64,000 bases of DNA from a virus: positions 33-64,032 of the IMG/VR virus record IMGVR_UViG_3300033565_000007; one strand, given 5' to 3'. Of the stretch, positions 17,081 through 27,269 are shown piece after piece (positions within the stretch are counted from its first letter, which is position 1; every line of letters starts with the position of its first letter). The position numbers and the translations under genes were made by a program. The notes under the pieces were generated by a model. It saw only the letters and a program-made list of their open reading frames with translations, was not told where the DNA came from and made no database searches.

Positions 17081-17219
17081 TTCGCTGTGACAGCGCATCT
17101 TGCTCGCGACTCTCGCGGAGTCGGCGAATACTGCCGCTCCGATGTGACGGCCTGCTTCAACGTTTCAATGCTCACGTTTCTCGTCCTACAAAGCGCTTCA
17201 ATAACCAAGGCCGACTGAA

Positions 17220-17459
17220 ATGCTTGAATCCCGCGCAAAACTGGATGCGGATGCAAAGAAAACCGAGGCCGTGACGATCAAGCTCACCGACACCAGCCTC
17301 CTTTTCGTCAAGACCCGATCCGAGCAGATGGGGATGGAGTCGCCACCCGAGTACATCCGCTACCTGATCGACGAAGATCAGAAAAAGGCCTCTGCAGAAT
17401 TCAATCTATTGGCCAAAGCCCTTGGCGTAAAGGATTCCTCGGGAAACGTGGTTTCTTGA
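17220..17459 (+). CDS. Small DNA-binding protein at the cII position (ribbon-helix-helix-like)
   Basis: TEAVTIKLT...EQMGMESPPEYIRYLIDED. Confidence 0.6.
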   Translation: MLESRAKLDADAKKTEAVTIKLTDTSLLFVKTRSEQMGMESPPEYIRYLIDEDQKKASAEFNLLAKALGVKDSSGNVVS

Positions 17460-17483
17460 ATGGATTCCTATAGGAGATCGACC

Positions 17484-17609
17484 ATGAACACCCTACGCAT
17501 TATCGGATTCGTCATCGGCTATTTCGCCGTCGTTCTTCTGATCTGCCAGGTCCTCGGAATGAACCGTCGATTGGAGCGCCCCGATGAGGACCAGGGCCCG
17601 ACGGCCTGA
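17484..17609 (+). CDS. 41-aa membrane peptide (absent from the ORF track)
   Basis: AGGAG SD; MNTLRIIGFVIGYFAVVLLICQVLG. Confidence 0.6.
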   Translation: MNTLRIIGFVIGYFAVVLLICQVLGMNRRLERPDEDQGPTA

Positions 17610-17633
17610 CACCACCGAATCTAGGAGACTTCG

Positions 17634-18397
17634 ATGCGAGTCGAAAACGAAGTCTTAGCCGTTCTAAGCCGAGCACATACGAACGGCAACGCCTTGACAC
17701 TCGTCGACCAGCTCGACCGCCGCCTCTACGAGCGCACGAACAAGGTTCTCGAAGCGTGCGGCGGCAAGTGGAACCGGAAGGCCAAAGCGCATCTGTTCGA
17801 CATCGACGCCGCCGAGCGAATCGACCAGATCATCGTGACCGGCGAAGTCGAGATCCCGAAGGACGAGTTCAACTTCTTTCCAACGCCGAGACGGATTGTC
17901 GGGCGCCTTCTCGAAATCGCCGCCATCGAGCCGGGAATGCGCGTGCTTGAACCCAGCGCGGGGCAGGGTGCCATCGCTGCACCGATGGCCAATCTCGGCG
18001 CCATCGTCGATTGCTACGAGCTCATGGCCGAGAATTACCTTGCGCTCTGCCAGGACAAGCGCTTCTTCTCGGTCAAGCACGCGGACTTCCTCGAGTGCGA
18101 GCCCGAAGTCTTCTATGACCGCGTGGTGATGAACCCGCCGTTCGCCAAACAGGCCGATATCAAGCACGTCCTGCACGCGCTGCAGTTCCTCAAGCCGGAC
18201 GGCCTGCTCGTTTCGGTGATGGCGGCCGGCATTCGCTTCCGCGACAACCGGATGACGACAGACTTTCGCGCGCTGGTTGATGAGCGCCGCGGTTCCATCG
18301 AGGACTGCCCCGAGGGCGCGTTCAAAGAGTCCGGGACGATGGTGCAGACGGTAATCGTCACTATTCCAGGCTCCGGATCGCAGCTACGGAGGTCATT

Positions 18398-18401
<4 letters not shown>
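17634..18401 (+). CDS. Gamma-type amino (probably N6-adenine) methyltransferase
   Basis: FFPTP, LEPSAGQG (SAM binding), then VMNPPF. Confidence 0.88.
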
Positions 18402-19446
<1,045 letters not shown>

Positions 19447-19450
<4 letters not shown>

Positions 19451-20118
19451 GCGACAAGACCATCATCGAGGCCATCACCGTTACGGCCGAACTAACCCAA
19501 ACGCAACTCACCGGCGCTGCAATGGCGACGATGGCGATGGACCTGCTGTCCCAGTTTCCCGAGCCTGCGATTCTTCAGGCGCTCGTCCGCTGTCGGCGCG
19601 AATTGCCGGGCCGTCTGACGCCACAGACCATCATCGATCGAATCAACCAAGACGACGGCCGGCCGAGCGCGAACGAAGCTTGGGGCATCGCGCTATCTGC
19701 CTTCGACGAAGCGGCGACCGTCGTGACGAACGAGGAAATCAACGAGGCAATGGCGGCGGCGCGACCGGTGATGCAGGGCGGTGATGACATCGGCGCTCGC
19801 ATGGCTTTCCGAGACGCCTACGAGCGCATCGTTCGCCAGAACCGCACAAAGGGAATCAGGCCGACATGGTATCCATCGCTTGGTACCGATCCGCACCATC
19901 GCACCACCGCAATCGAGGCTGCCAGAGAGCAAGGCCGCCTAACGCACGATCAGGCGCGCGTGTATCTGCCAGCGCCGATGACCGCAGAAGATCAAGCGCG
20001 CGGCGCCGTGATTTCTGGGCTGCTCACCGGTGCCACTGCGCCGATGCCGAACGATCCGAAGTTCAAGGAACGCGTCGCCAGCCTCCTGGAAGTTCTGAAA
20101 AAGGATAGGGCGGCATGA
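19447..20118 (+). CDS. Helicase loader-like replication protein (P position)
   Basis: Coupled to the initiator; DDGRPSANEAWGIA...ARMAFRDAYER family. Confidence 0.7.
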
Positions 20119-20423
20119 GCGACATGTTCGCCATGGTCGAGAAGATGGCGGCCGGTCACCGGCAGCATCAGTCGGAAGTGGATGCGCAGATCAACCGCGA
20201 CAACTACGCCGCCTACGTCCAGTCGATGCGCGAAGCCGGCTGGACCGCGGAAGACGTCGCCGAGTATTTCGTCGAGGTCGAGCGAATCATGAAGTCCGGG
20301 ACGGATGACGAGCGCGCGGCCGCTCGCGAGTTCTGGCAGATCAAGATGGCGGACAGTCGGGCGAACGGCAGCAACGAGCGCATTCGCCAGTCGATTGCCG
20401 AGGGGAAGAGGAAAGCGGCGTGA
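20115..20423 (+). CDS. Hypothetical protein
   Basis: Coupled on both sides. Confidence 0.65.
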   Translation: MSDMFAMVEKMAAGHRQHQSEVDAQINRDNYAAYVQSMREAGWTAEDVAEYFVEVERIMKSGTDDERAAAREFWQIKMADSRANGSNERIRQSIAEGKRKAA

Positions 20424-21880
20424 AACTCGACCATTGCTTCCTTGGCGATTGCCTCGAGGTCCTGCGCGGCATGGCCGACAACAGCGTCGACTCGATCGTC
20501 ACGGACCCGCCGTACGGCCTGAGTTTTATGGGAAAGCAGTGGGATTACGACGTGCCGGGCGTCGAGGTATGGGCCGAGTGCCTGCGCGTCCTGAAACCGG
20601 GCGGCTATCTGCTCGCCTTCGCCGGCACGCGCACGCAGCACCGCATGGCGGTTCGGATCGAGGACGCGGGGTTCGAGATCCGCGACATGATCGCGTGGGT
20701 TTACGGCCAAGGGTTCCCGAAATCGTTGGACGTGTCGAAGGCGATCGACAAGCGAGGCGGTAATTCAAATCTGACGGTGCAGATTGGTGCAGCGATCAAG
20801 GCGGCGCGCGAAGCTCGTGGGTTGAGTGCATCCGAATGCGACCGCACGTTCTGCGGAGGAACAACAAACTGGTCTTGGTTCGAGGGACGCCCGAACGGGC
20901 AGCGCGCACCGTCACCGGAGACGTTCACCAAGATCGCAGAAGCGTGGCCCGAATTGGCGCACTTGGCGGAAGCTGTCGCCGAAGCGGAACGTGAGGTTGT
21001 TGCACGCGGGTCTGCCGGACTTGGGCAAGGACAGTTTAACGCTCGCGAGGTCGGCGTTGGAGGGTACGGCTTTTCGGTAGAGTACGACATCACCGCCCCC
21101 GCTACCGTCGCCGCCCGTCAGTGGCAAGGCTTTGGCACCGCCCTAAAACCCGCCCTCGAACCGATCACCGTTGCGCGCAAGCCGCTGATTGGCACCGTCG
21201 CGGCCAACGTCTTGCAGCATGGAACCGGTGCGCTGAACATCGACGCTTGCCGTGTTCCAACCGCTGACGCCGCTGACGCCGCTGACTACGCGGACAAATG
21301 CGCGAGCGTGGTGGGGTTTGACTCGAACCGCAACGGGGCGGCTTACGGCAATTGGCAAGGCAAGCGCGAAGACAGCGCCTCTCCGCTCGGACGCTTCCCT
21401 GCCAATCTAATCCACGACGGCAGCGAAGAAGTGAGCGCCATGTTCCCCGACAGCGCCGGATCGGGCGGCAGCGTGCCGAACGTACGGATCACCGGCTACG
21501 GCGGCGGCATCGGCACCGGCCAGAGCGAGTATTTAGGCGGCGAGCGCACGCAGCACGACGCCGGAAGCGGCAGCGCCGCGCGCTTCTTCTACACCGCAAA
21601 AGCGAGCAGGGAAGACCGCGGCGCGGACAACACGCACCCGACCGTCAAACCGACCGATCTGATGCGCTACCTCTGCCGCCTCGTCACGCCGCCCGGTGGC
21701 ACGGTGCTCGACCCGTTCATGGGATCGGGTTCGACAGGGAAAGCGGCAGTGCTCGAGGGGTTCAAGTTCGTTGGGATAGAGCGCGAGGCCGATTACCTGG
21801 CAATCGCCGAGGCAAGGATCGATGCGGCAAAGGTGCAATTCGCGCAGGAAAACGCACAGATGGGATTGGTGTTCGCATGA
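20420..21880 (+). CDS. Beta-class amino DNA methyltransferase with inserted XRE-like HTH
   Basis: VTDPPY near the N-terminus, DPFMGSGSTG near the C-terminus, HPTVKP; insert IGAAIKAAREARGLSASEC...WSWFEG..QRAPS. Confidence 0.92.
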   Translation: MKLDHCFLGDCLEVLRGMADNSVDSIVTDPPYGLSFMGKQWDYDVPGVEVWAECLRVLKPGGYLLAFAGTRTQHRMAVRIEDAGFEIRDMIAWVYGQGFPKSLDVSKAIDKRGGNSNLTVQIGAAIKAAREARGLSASECDRTFCGGTTNWSWFEGRPNGQRAPSPETFTKIAEAWPELAHLAEAVAEAEREVVARGSAGLGQGQFNAREVGVGGYGFSVEYDITAPATVAARQWQGFGTALKPALEPITVARKPLIGTVAANVLQHGTGALNIDACRVPTADAADAADYADKCASVVGFDSNRNGAAYGNWQGKREDSASPLGRFPANLIHDGSEEVSAMFPDSAGSGGSVPNVRITGYGGGIGTGQSEYLGGERTQHDAGSGSAARFFYTAKASREDRGADNTHPTVKPTDLMRYLCRLVTPPGGTVLDPFMGSGSTGKAAVLEGFKFVGIEREADYLAIAEARIDAAKVQFAQENAQMGLVFA

Positions 21881-22410
21881 AGCTCACCGTCGTCCGCACC
21901 AACATGGCGTTTCCCGAGAACATGGAAACGGCGAGCTACCTGCTGTTTAAGGTCTTCGACGGATTCACGCAGGCCGACCGCAGCGCCTGGCGCCGATTCT
22001 GGCGTCGGATGAAGGGGATGGAGCCCGGCGAGCTTGCGCAGATGGAATTGCTCGTCCCGCGCGACTACATCAAGCTCAAGAAGTTTTTCGCGCTGCTCAA
22101 CGTCGGATTCGACGCGTGGGAGCCGGGGCGCAAGCGCAAGACCTACCGCGGCCGCCCAGTGGTGAAGGATTTTGAGAATTTCCGCGAGCAGACCATCATC
22201 CTCGCCGGCTTCTACGAGCAGACCTTCGACCTCCAAGGCCGCATGAAGCTGAAGGCCAAGAGCATCAGCTTCGCGAAGATGGAAGACGACGAGTTCGATC
22301 GCCTCTACACGGCTGTCGCCAACGTGCTGCTCGAGAAGGTTTTGACGACGTATGCCGGTCGCGATGAGCTCGACGAGATCGTCGACAAGATCATGAGGTT
22401 CGGGCAATGA
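21877..22410 (+). CDS. DUF1367-like nin-region protein
   Basis: KKFFALLNVGFDAW...KAKSISFAKMEDDEFDRLY. Confidence 0.8.
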   Translation: MKLTVVRTNMAFPENMETASYLLFKVFDGFTQADRSAWRRFWRRMKGMEPGELAQMELLVPRDYIKLKKFFALLNVGFDAWEPGRKRKTYRGRPVVKDFENFREQTIILAGFYEQTFDLQGRMKLKAKSISFAKMEDDEFDRLYTAVANVLLEKVLTTYAGRDELDEIVDKIMRFGQ

Positions 22411-22574
22411 GCGCCGCCGACCAATTCGCGCGCGTCCTCGCTATGGTCTCGTCCCATGTCGAGCGCAAGGCCGATCACGCCAAGGCCGAACTTCACGCGA
22501 TGGTCGTCCGCGACCGGCGCAGCCTCGGCCAGCGCGCGCGGTGGGCCAATTACCGGGAAAGGATTGTTCGATGA
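22407..22574 (+). CDS. Small hypothetical protein (absent from the ORF track)
   Basis: ATGA-coupled on both sides. Confidence 0.55.
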   Translation: MSAADQFARVLAMVSSHVERKADHAKAELHAMVVRDRRSLGQRARWANYRERIVR

Positions 22575-22807
22575 ACTGCGAACAAGGGGATTTGGCCATC
22601 ATCGTGAAGGGCAAAAATTCCGGCGTGGTCGTTCGCTGCTTGAGTATGGCTTTCGATGACAAATGGTCGGTCAAGGTCTTGAGCTTGAAACTCGGCTGCG
22701 GCTTTTCGCATTGTTCCGATGCCGGCCTGCGCCCGCTGCGCGATACCGCCGGCATCGACGAGACGTTGATCTGGGCCGGCTTTCCGAAAGGGAGGATAAG
22801 GAAATGA
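22571..22807 (+). CDS. Small hypothetical protein
   Basis: MNCEQGDLAIIV...DAGLRPLRD family. Confidence 0.65.
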   Translation: MNCEQGDLAIIVKGKNSGVVVRCLSMAFDDKWSVKVLSLKLGCGFSHCSDAGLRPLRDTAGIDETLIWAGFPKGRIRK

Positions 22808-23022
22808 GCCGTGATCACTGCTTCCACTGCGGCAAGGAACTCGCCTTTGTGCCCAAGAAAGGCGTCGTGTTCGCCATCTACATCGACCCGCTCGGCCACG
22901 AGCACAAGATGCACAAGGAATGCCTCAAGTACGGCGACTACGGCAAGCGGCCGGTCACGGCGCAGCCCCACGGTCGGCTCATCGGCGATGGCCTTTACGC
23001 CGCAGAGAGAAGCGAGTCTTAA
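22804..23022 (+). CDS. Small Cys/His protein
   Basis: CFHC...HKEC. Confidence 0.55.
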   Translation: MSRDHCFHCGKELAFVPKKGVVFAIYIDPLGHEHKMHKECLKYGDYGKRPVTAQPHGRLIGDGLYAAERSES

Positions 23023-23045
23023 CCAAAACTTCGCCACGAAAGGAA

Positions 23046-23357
23046 ATGGTCATGTGGAATCGATCACCGCGCCTGCAGAGCCAAGTCGAGGCGCTCGTAA
23101 AGGAAGTGAACGAACTACGCCGCAGGGTCGTTCAACTGGAAGAGGGGCAGAACATCAGGATCGGCGAGATCCGTCTTGGTCAGAACTGGTTCGATACGTG
23201 GGGGCCGCTGGATCGGCGGCCGTGCGTGAAAACGTCGGCCCTGCTCAAGCTGATCCTTGACTACCTCGGCCTCGAACTGACGCACACCAAAGCGGCAGAG
23301 ACAACGACGTTGCAGCCGAAGACGAAGCCGACCGATCCGGGCGCGCAAGGCGAGTAA
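23046..23357 (+). CDS. Hypothetical protein
   Basis: AAGGA SD; coiled-coil N-terminus. Confidence 0.55.
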   Translation: MVMWNRSPRLQSQVEALVKEVNELRRRVVQLEEGQNIRIGEIRLGQNWFDTWGPLDRRPCVKTSALLKLILDYLGLELTHTKAAETTTLQPKTKPTDPGAQGE

Positions 23358-23384
23358 TTTTCAACTACGAAAGGGGACCAAGCA

Positions 23385-23720
23385 ATGTCCGAAGACCGCA
23401 TCGAATACGAAATCCAAGCCAAGGGCCTGACGGCGCCGCGCATCACGCTGGAGGACATCGAGGCGAACATCGCCAGCGAAGTCACGTTTAACGTCGGCTC
23501 TGTCCTGAAGGACTGCCCTGTATCCGCCAGTTGTGGGCTGCTGACTATCTGCGTGCTGACGCTGAAGAACGGCTTCACCGTCACCGGCGAGTCGGCCTGC
23601 GCGAGTCCCGAGAACTTCGACGCCGAGCTCGGCCGCAAGATCGCGCGCGAGTACGCCGTGCAGAAAATACGGCCGCTGCTGGGCTACGAGTTGTGCAGCA
23701 AGTTGGCGGGTGGCGCATGA
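23385..23720 (+). CDS. N4 gp49/Sf6 gp66-family protein
   Basis: APRITLEDIE...LTICVLTLKNGFTVTGESACASPENFDAELGRKIA. Confidence 0.88.
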   Translation: MSEDRIEYEIQAKGLTAPRITLEDIEANIASEVTFNVGSVLKDCPVSASCGLLTICVLTLKNGFTVTGESACASPENFDAELGRKIAREYAVQKIRPLLGYELCSKLAGGA

Positions 23721-24202
23721 GGCCGCTCTACATCTTCGATCTTGACGGAACCTTGGCGCTGACCGAGCACCGGCAGCATCTTGTGCGGTGCGACAAGCCG
23801 GATTGGCCGGCGTTTTTCGCGGCCTGCGTCAACGACGAGCCGAACCTTCCAGTCATTCGCACGCTGCAGGCGTTGCGCGCGGCCGGCGCTGAAATCTGGA
23901 TCTGGTCTGGCCGCAGCGACGAGGTCAAGGCGCAGACGGTCGAGTGGTTGTGCAAGCACGGATGCTTCTACAGTTGCACCACCTATCTGCCCTTGAGTTT
24001 CTTCGTGGCGCCAGAGCGTTTCCGCATGCGCAAAGCCGGCGATCACCGCGACGACGTTGCCGTCAAGAGCGAGTGGCTGGCTGAAATCGAGCCGCCCGAA
24101 TACGCTCGCTTGACGGCGGTGTTCGACGACCGCGACAAGGTTGTCGCGATGTGGCGCGCCGCCGGCGTGCCGTGCTTCCAAGTCGCTCCGGGGGCGTTCT
24201 GA
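23717..24202 (+). CDS. HAD-family phosphatase (polynucleotide 3'-phosphatase-like)
   Basis: FDLDGTL, SGRS, VFDDR..VV.MWR.AG.PCFQVA. Confidence 0.88.
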   Translation: MRPLYIFDLDGTLALTEHRQHLVRCDKPDWPAFFAACVNDEPNLPVIRTLQALRAAGAEIWIWSGRSDEVKAQTVEWLCKHGCFYSCTTYLPLSFFVAPERFRMRKAGDHRDDVAVKSEWLAEIEPPEYARLTAVFDDRDKVVAMWRAAGVPCFQVAPGAF

Positions 24203-24204
24203 CC

Positions 24205-24453
24205 ATGACACACCTGAAAGTCGTCGAATTTCCGCACAACTCGCTCGCCGATCTGCCGCAGAAGATGCGCGACCTGGCCGACGCGATCGAGGAAGGGCAC
24301 TTCGGCACAGCAAAGGCATGTGTCGTCGTGCTCAACGCCGACCTGCTTCAAGTCTTCGGCCTTGGCTCCGACGCGGACAGCACCGTCGCGCATTACCTGC
24401 TGGCGTGCGCGCAGCGGAAGCTCGAGCAGCCGTTGCTCGACCGGCAGCCGTAG
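24205..24453 (+). CDS. Small hypothetical protein
   Basis: 82 aa, in operon. Confidence 0.6.
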   Translation: MTHLKVVEFPHNSLADLPQKMRDLADAIEEGHFGTAKACVVVLNADLLQVFGLGSDADSTVAHYLLACAQRKLEQPLLDRQP

Positions 24454-24468
24454 GCAGAGGAACTGACC

Positions 24469-24774
24469 GTGCAGACGACCTACCGCTCCCGCAAGTTGCT
24501 CGACGCCGCGCGCGACTGCACCGAGTGCATGGGCTGCGGTCGGCACCATGCCGACGGTTCAATCGTTGCTGCGCATTCGAACCAGTTGCGCGACGGGAAG
24601 GGCACGGGAATCAAGGCTGCCGACTATCGCGTCGCCTTCCTTGGACCCGAGTGTCACCGCGAACTCGACCAAGGAAAGACGATGAACCGCGAAGAGAAGG
24701 TCGCGTTTTGGGAGCGGGCGCACAGAAAGACAATCGCGTGGCTTTTTGAATCGGGAAAGGTGGTGGCGAAATGA
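24469..24774 (+). CDS. DUF1364-like nin-region protein
   Basis: YRSRKLLDAARDC..C..C...AAHSN...GKGTGIKA.D. Confidence 0.8.
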   Translation: MQTTYRSRKLLDAARDCTECMGCGRHHADGSIVAAHSNQLRDGKGTGIKAADYRVAFLGPECHRELDQGKTMNREEKVAFWERAHRKTIAWLFESGKVVAK

Positions 24775-25262
24775 CGATCGTGGTCGGTATTGATCCCGGG
24801 TTAACCGGCGCCGCGGCGCTCGTGAGTCACCGAGGCCTGCTCGAAGTCTTCGATCTGCCGACCTCGAGCTCGAGCGACACCGCCCGCGTCTCCCGCAAGA
24901 TCGACGGCGCCGCCTTCGCGAAGATCCTGCGCGAGTCGCTGACCCGGCACGAAGCGTCGAAGGACGCCGTTCTCGTCGTTCTCGAAGACGTCCATGTGAT
25001 GCCGAAGGGCAACGCCGCGAACGCGAGCCTGATGCACACGAAGGGCGTCCTCGAGGGCGTTCTCGCGACGATGGGCCACAAGGTCGAGCTCGTCGGTTCG
25101 CAGAAGTGGAAAAAGATGTTCGGCCTGATCGGCGAGAAGAAGGACCTCTCGCGGGGCGTGGCGCTCGCGCTCTACCCGGGCGCGCCGCTGAGCAGGGCAA
25201 AAGACCACAACAAAGCGGAGGCAATTTTATTGGCGCGGTTCGGCCTGCGCTATTTCTGTTGA
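24771..25262 (+). CDS. RuvC-like Holliday junction resolvase
   Basis: VGIDPGLTGA, VLEDV, W.K, AEAILLA. Confidence 0.88.
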   Translation: MTIVVGIDPGLTGAAALVSHRGLLEVFDLPTSSSSDTARVSRKIDGAAFAKILRESLTRHEASKDAVLVVLEDVHVMPKGNAANASLMHTKGVLEGVLATMGHKVELVGSQKWKKMFGLIGEKKDLSRGVALALYPGAPLSRAKDHNKAEAILLARFGLRYFC

Positions 25263-25269
25263 GGGCGCC

Positions 25270-25644
25270 ATGCAAACCAATCTCCAGCGCAAACCCGTCG
25301 AGATCGATCCCCGCAGTTTGATCGACCCGATCGCCGACTATCACCTGTCGAACTGGAAGCGCTGGATGGAGAGCTACGAGGTCCGTACTGGCTATGACCA
25401 TGAGTCGGCCGTCGTCGGGAACTACAGGGCATCGACTTCCCTGGATGACATGTACGACAGCAAGGACCGCAACGACGCGATGATCACGAACGCGGTCATC
25501 GAGGATCTGGCGCCGATCCACCAGGTCGCGATTCACAACGTCTATCTGGCCTGCGTCTGGAGATTCCGCGGCGACCTCAATACCGTGTTCGTCGAGGCGG
25601 TCGAGAAGTTCTGGGCGGCGGGGCAGAAGAGGGGGTTGATATGA
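25270..25644 (+). CDS. Putative late antiterminator (Q position)
   Basis: Last gene of the nin block after the resolvase; L.NWKRWM...DA.I.DL...AI..VY pattern. Function inferred. Confidence 0.6.
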   Translation: MQTNLQRKPVEIDPRSLIDPIADYHLSNWKRWMESYEVRTGYDHESAVVGNYRASTSLDDMYDSKDRNDAMITNAVIEDLAPIHQVAIHNVYLACVWRFRGDLNTVFVEAVEKFWAAGQKRGLI

Positions 25645-25704
25645 TTGGCCTTGCGATAATCGTGCCGGCCGCGCAAGCGCGGAATTTCTTGGGAGATTGA
25701 TACG

Positions 25705-26202
25705 ATGGCCAGCAGGAGAGAGATTACCGACGCCGACCTCGCTACGTGCTTGAACGAAAATACAGTAGAACTTATTCAGGCGATGAAAGTTGGTTTTACC
25801 ACGCAACAACTCAAGACTCGAACCGGTCTTTCTTATCAATTGATAAGAGGAACCTTCAGCGCATGGGATCAGGCTGTAGGGATCGCTAAATACAAGAAGA
25901 ATACGAACGGAAGAATGGCGTGGTTTTTGGACTTCCTCGGTCTTCTGGAAAAATATCTTGACCTGGTCAACGACTTTTATCTACTGCAGCAGGCGGCAAG
26001 GGGTAGGGCGAACAAGGCTTGGATTGACATCAAGGAGCAACGACCGGAAGACGGCCAAGTCGTTCTAATCCTCATTCGAACCGAATACAAATACGCGCCA
26101 ACGCGATTAGATATCACGATCGGGCAATACAAGTGGGGTGAATTTGGTAGTTCGCGCTATCCGACCCACTGGATGCCACTGCCTGAACTGCCGGAGCCCT
26201 AG
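25705..26202 (+). CDS. AT-rich protein with C-terminal DUF551 domain
   Basis: WIDIKEQRPE...PTHWMPLPELP. Confidence 0.75.
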   Translation: MASRREITDADLATCLNENTVELIQAMKVGFTTQQLKTRTGLSYQLIRGTFSAWDQAVGIAKYKKNTNGRMAWFLDFLGLLEKYLDLVNDFYLLQQAARGRANKAWIDIKEQRPEDGQVVLILIRTEYKYAPTRLDITIGQYKWGEFGSSRYPTHWMPLPELPEP

Positions 26203-26315
26203 TAATCCGGCTTTCATCCTACCGTCATCGCCTGTTGATCTCGCTGACATCATGGACTATCATCATTCATGCGGGAGTCCTGAACTTACAATCCGAAAAG
26301 AAAGGGTAGTTCGTC

Positions 26316-26600
26316 ATGACCAGCACCGAGATTGCCCATTGCCCGTTCTGCGATAGCGCCAATACAAGAGTGATGTCCTCATGGACAACTTGGCATGTGG
26401 AATGCGAAGACTGCCGGGCCGCAGGGCCGACGGTCTACCGTCGAGAGCGTGATGGTGCGCGGAACGACAAGTCCAAAACGATAGCCGAGTGGAATAAAGC
26501 CGCCAGAATGCCTTGTCGCAATGCCGACGCAACAGGATGCAATCTCGTGCCGTCTCGCGAGCAATGCTTTCCGGAGCAATCCGCTCCCCAGACCGCTTGA
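26316..26600 (+). CDS. Lar-family restriction-alleviation-like zinc-ribbon protein
   Basis: CPFC...VECEDC.A.GP...AEWNK. Confidence 0.7.
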   Translation: MTSTEIAHCPFCDSANTRVMSSWTTWHVECEDCRAAGPTVYRRERDGARNDKSKTIAEWNKAARMPCRNADATGCNLVPSREQCFPEQSAPQTA

Positions 26601-26625
26601 CAATCGAATAGCCACGGTTTAGCAT
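26597..26625 (+). promoter_or_regulatory. Late promoter 1 (pR'-like)
   Basis: TTGACA-17-TAGCAT. Confidence 0.88.
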
Positions 26626-26653
26626 TTTGTCGTGGGCGTCGTGCGCCCCAAAG

Positions 26654-26689
26654 AAACCCGCTCAGGTGAAAGCCTCGGCGGGTTTTTTT
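26654..26689 (+). terminator. tR'-like terminator
   Basis: AAACCCGC..AGGT-GAAA-GCCT..GCGGGTTTTTTT. Confidence 0.88.
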
Positions 26690-26690
26690 A

Positions 26691-27010
26691 CGTCCGCGCC
26701 GGATGCAGCCGCAGGTAGGGCAGGCGACGAAGGGCCGGCTGAAGCGCCATGCCGGTGGAGTGGCACACCCAGGGTGAGATCGCACGGACGGAGCCGCGGT
26801 CCGGTTAATGAGCCCGACGACACGACGCAGGTTATACCCAAATCAGGCAGGCCAATTCCCAAATTGGGCCGAACTGCCGCTGGACGCTGTAACCAGCATC
26901 AACACGAATGCCTCAACGTCGTCAATACGATCTTTTTACAATCCCCGGCGACACGCCTCGGGGCTGATGAATACCGAGGCGGCATTCGTGCTGGTACTGC
27001 GCAACCCACC
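26691..27010 (+). ncRNA. Candidate structured RNA, late leader part A
   Basis: Helices 26691-96/26785-90 and 26900-12/26981-93 (12 of 13 pairs); inner 8-bp helix 26954-61/26974-81. Confidence 0.5.
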
Positions 27011-27024
27011 CCAAGGAGATCCAG

Positions 27025-27267
27025 ATGCACTATCGCAATGGCCGTGAAGCAAAGAATGGCGACAAGATCGTGAAACTCGAAGGCGGCAAGGTCGTCTCCT
27101 TCGGCGTCTTACACAGCGCGACGCCGGGGAATGACTTCTGCAACGGCAATATCGCCGTGGTTCAGCCGGCGAACGACTACGCCTGCATGTGCGATTGCCT
27201 GCACATCGACGACGTCGCCGAATTGCTGGCCGAGAAGGGGTTGGATAAGCGCCCCGCCGGCAAGTAA
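27025..27267 (+). CDS. Conserved small protein (MHYRNGREAKNGD type), function unknown
   Basis: AAGGAG SD; 80 aa with Cys/His/Asp cluster DYACMCDCLHIDD. Confidence 0.85.
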   Translation: MHYRNGREAKNGDKIVKLEGGKVVSFGVLHSATPGNDFCNGNIAVVQPANDYACMCDCLHIDDVAELLAEKGLDKRPAGK

Positions 27268-27269
27268 GC

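Noticed and set aside
20735-21000. Intein in the methyltransferase
   Set aside because: No Cys/Ser start with His-Asn end or other splicing blocks; the insert looks like an HTH.
26941-27000. CTGATGA (hammerhead core) preceded by a hairpin and an ATC triplet
   Set aside because: No GAAA following a stem II and no stem III partner in any permutation I could build.
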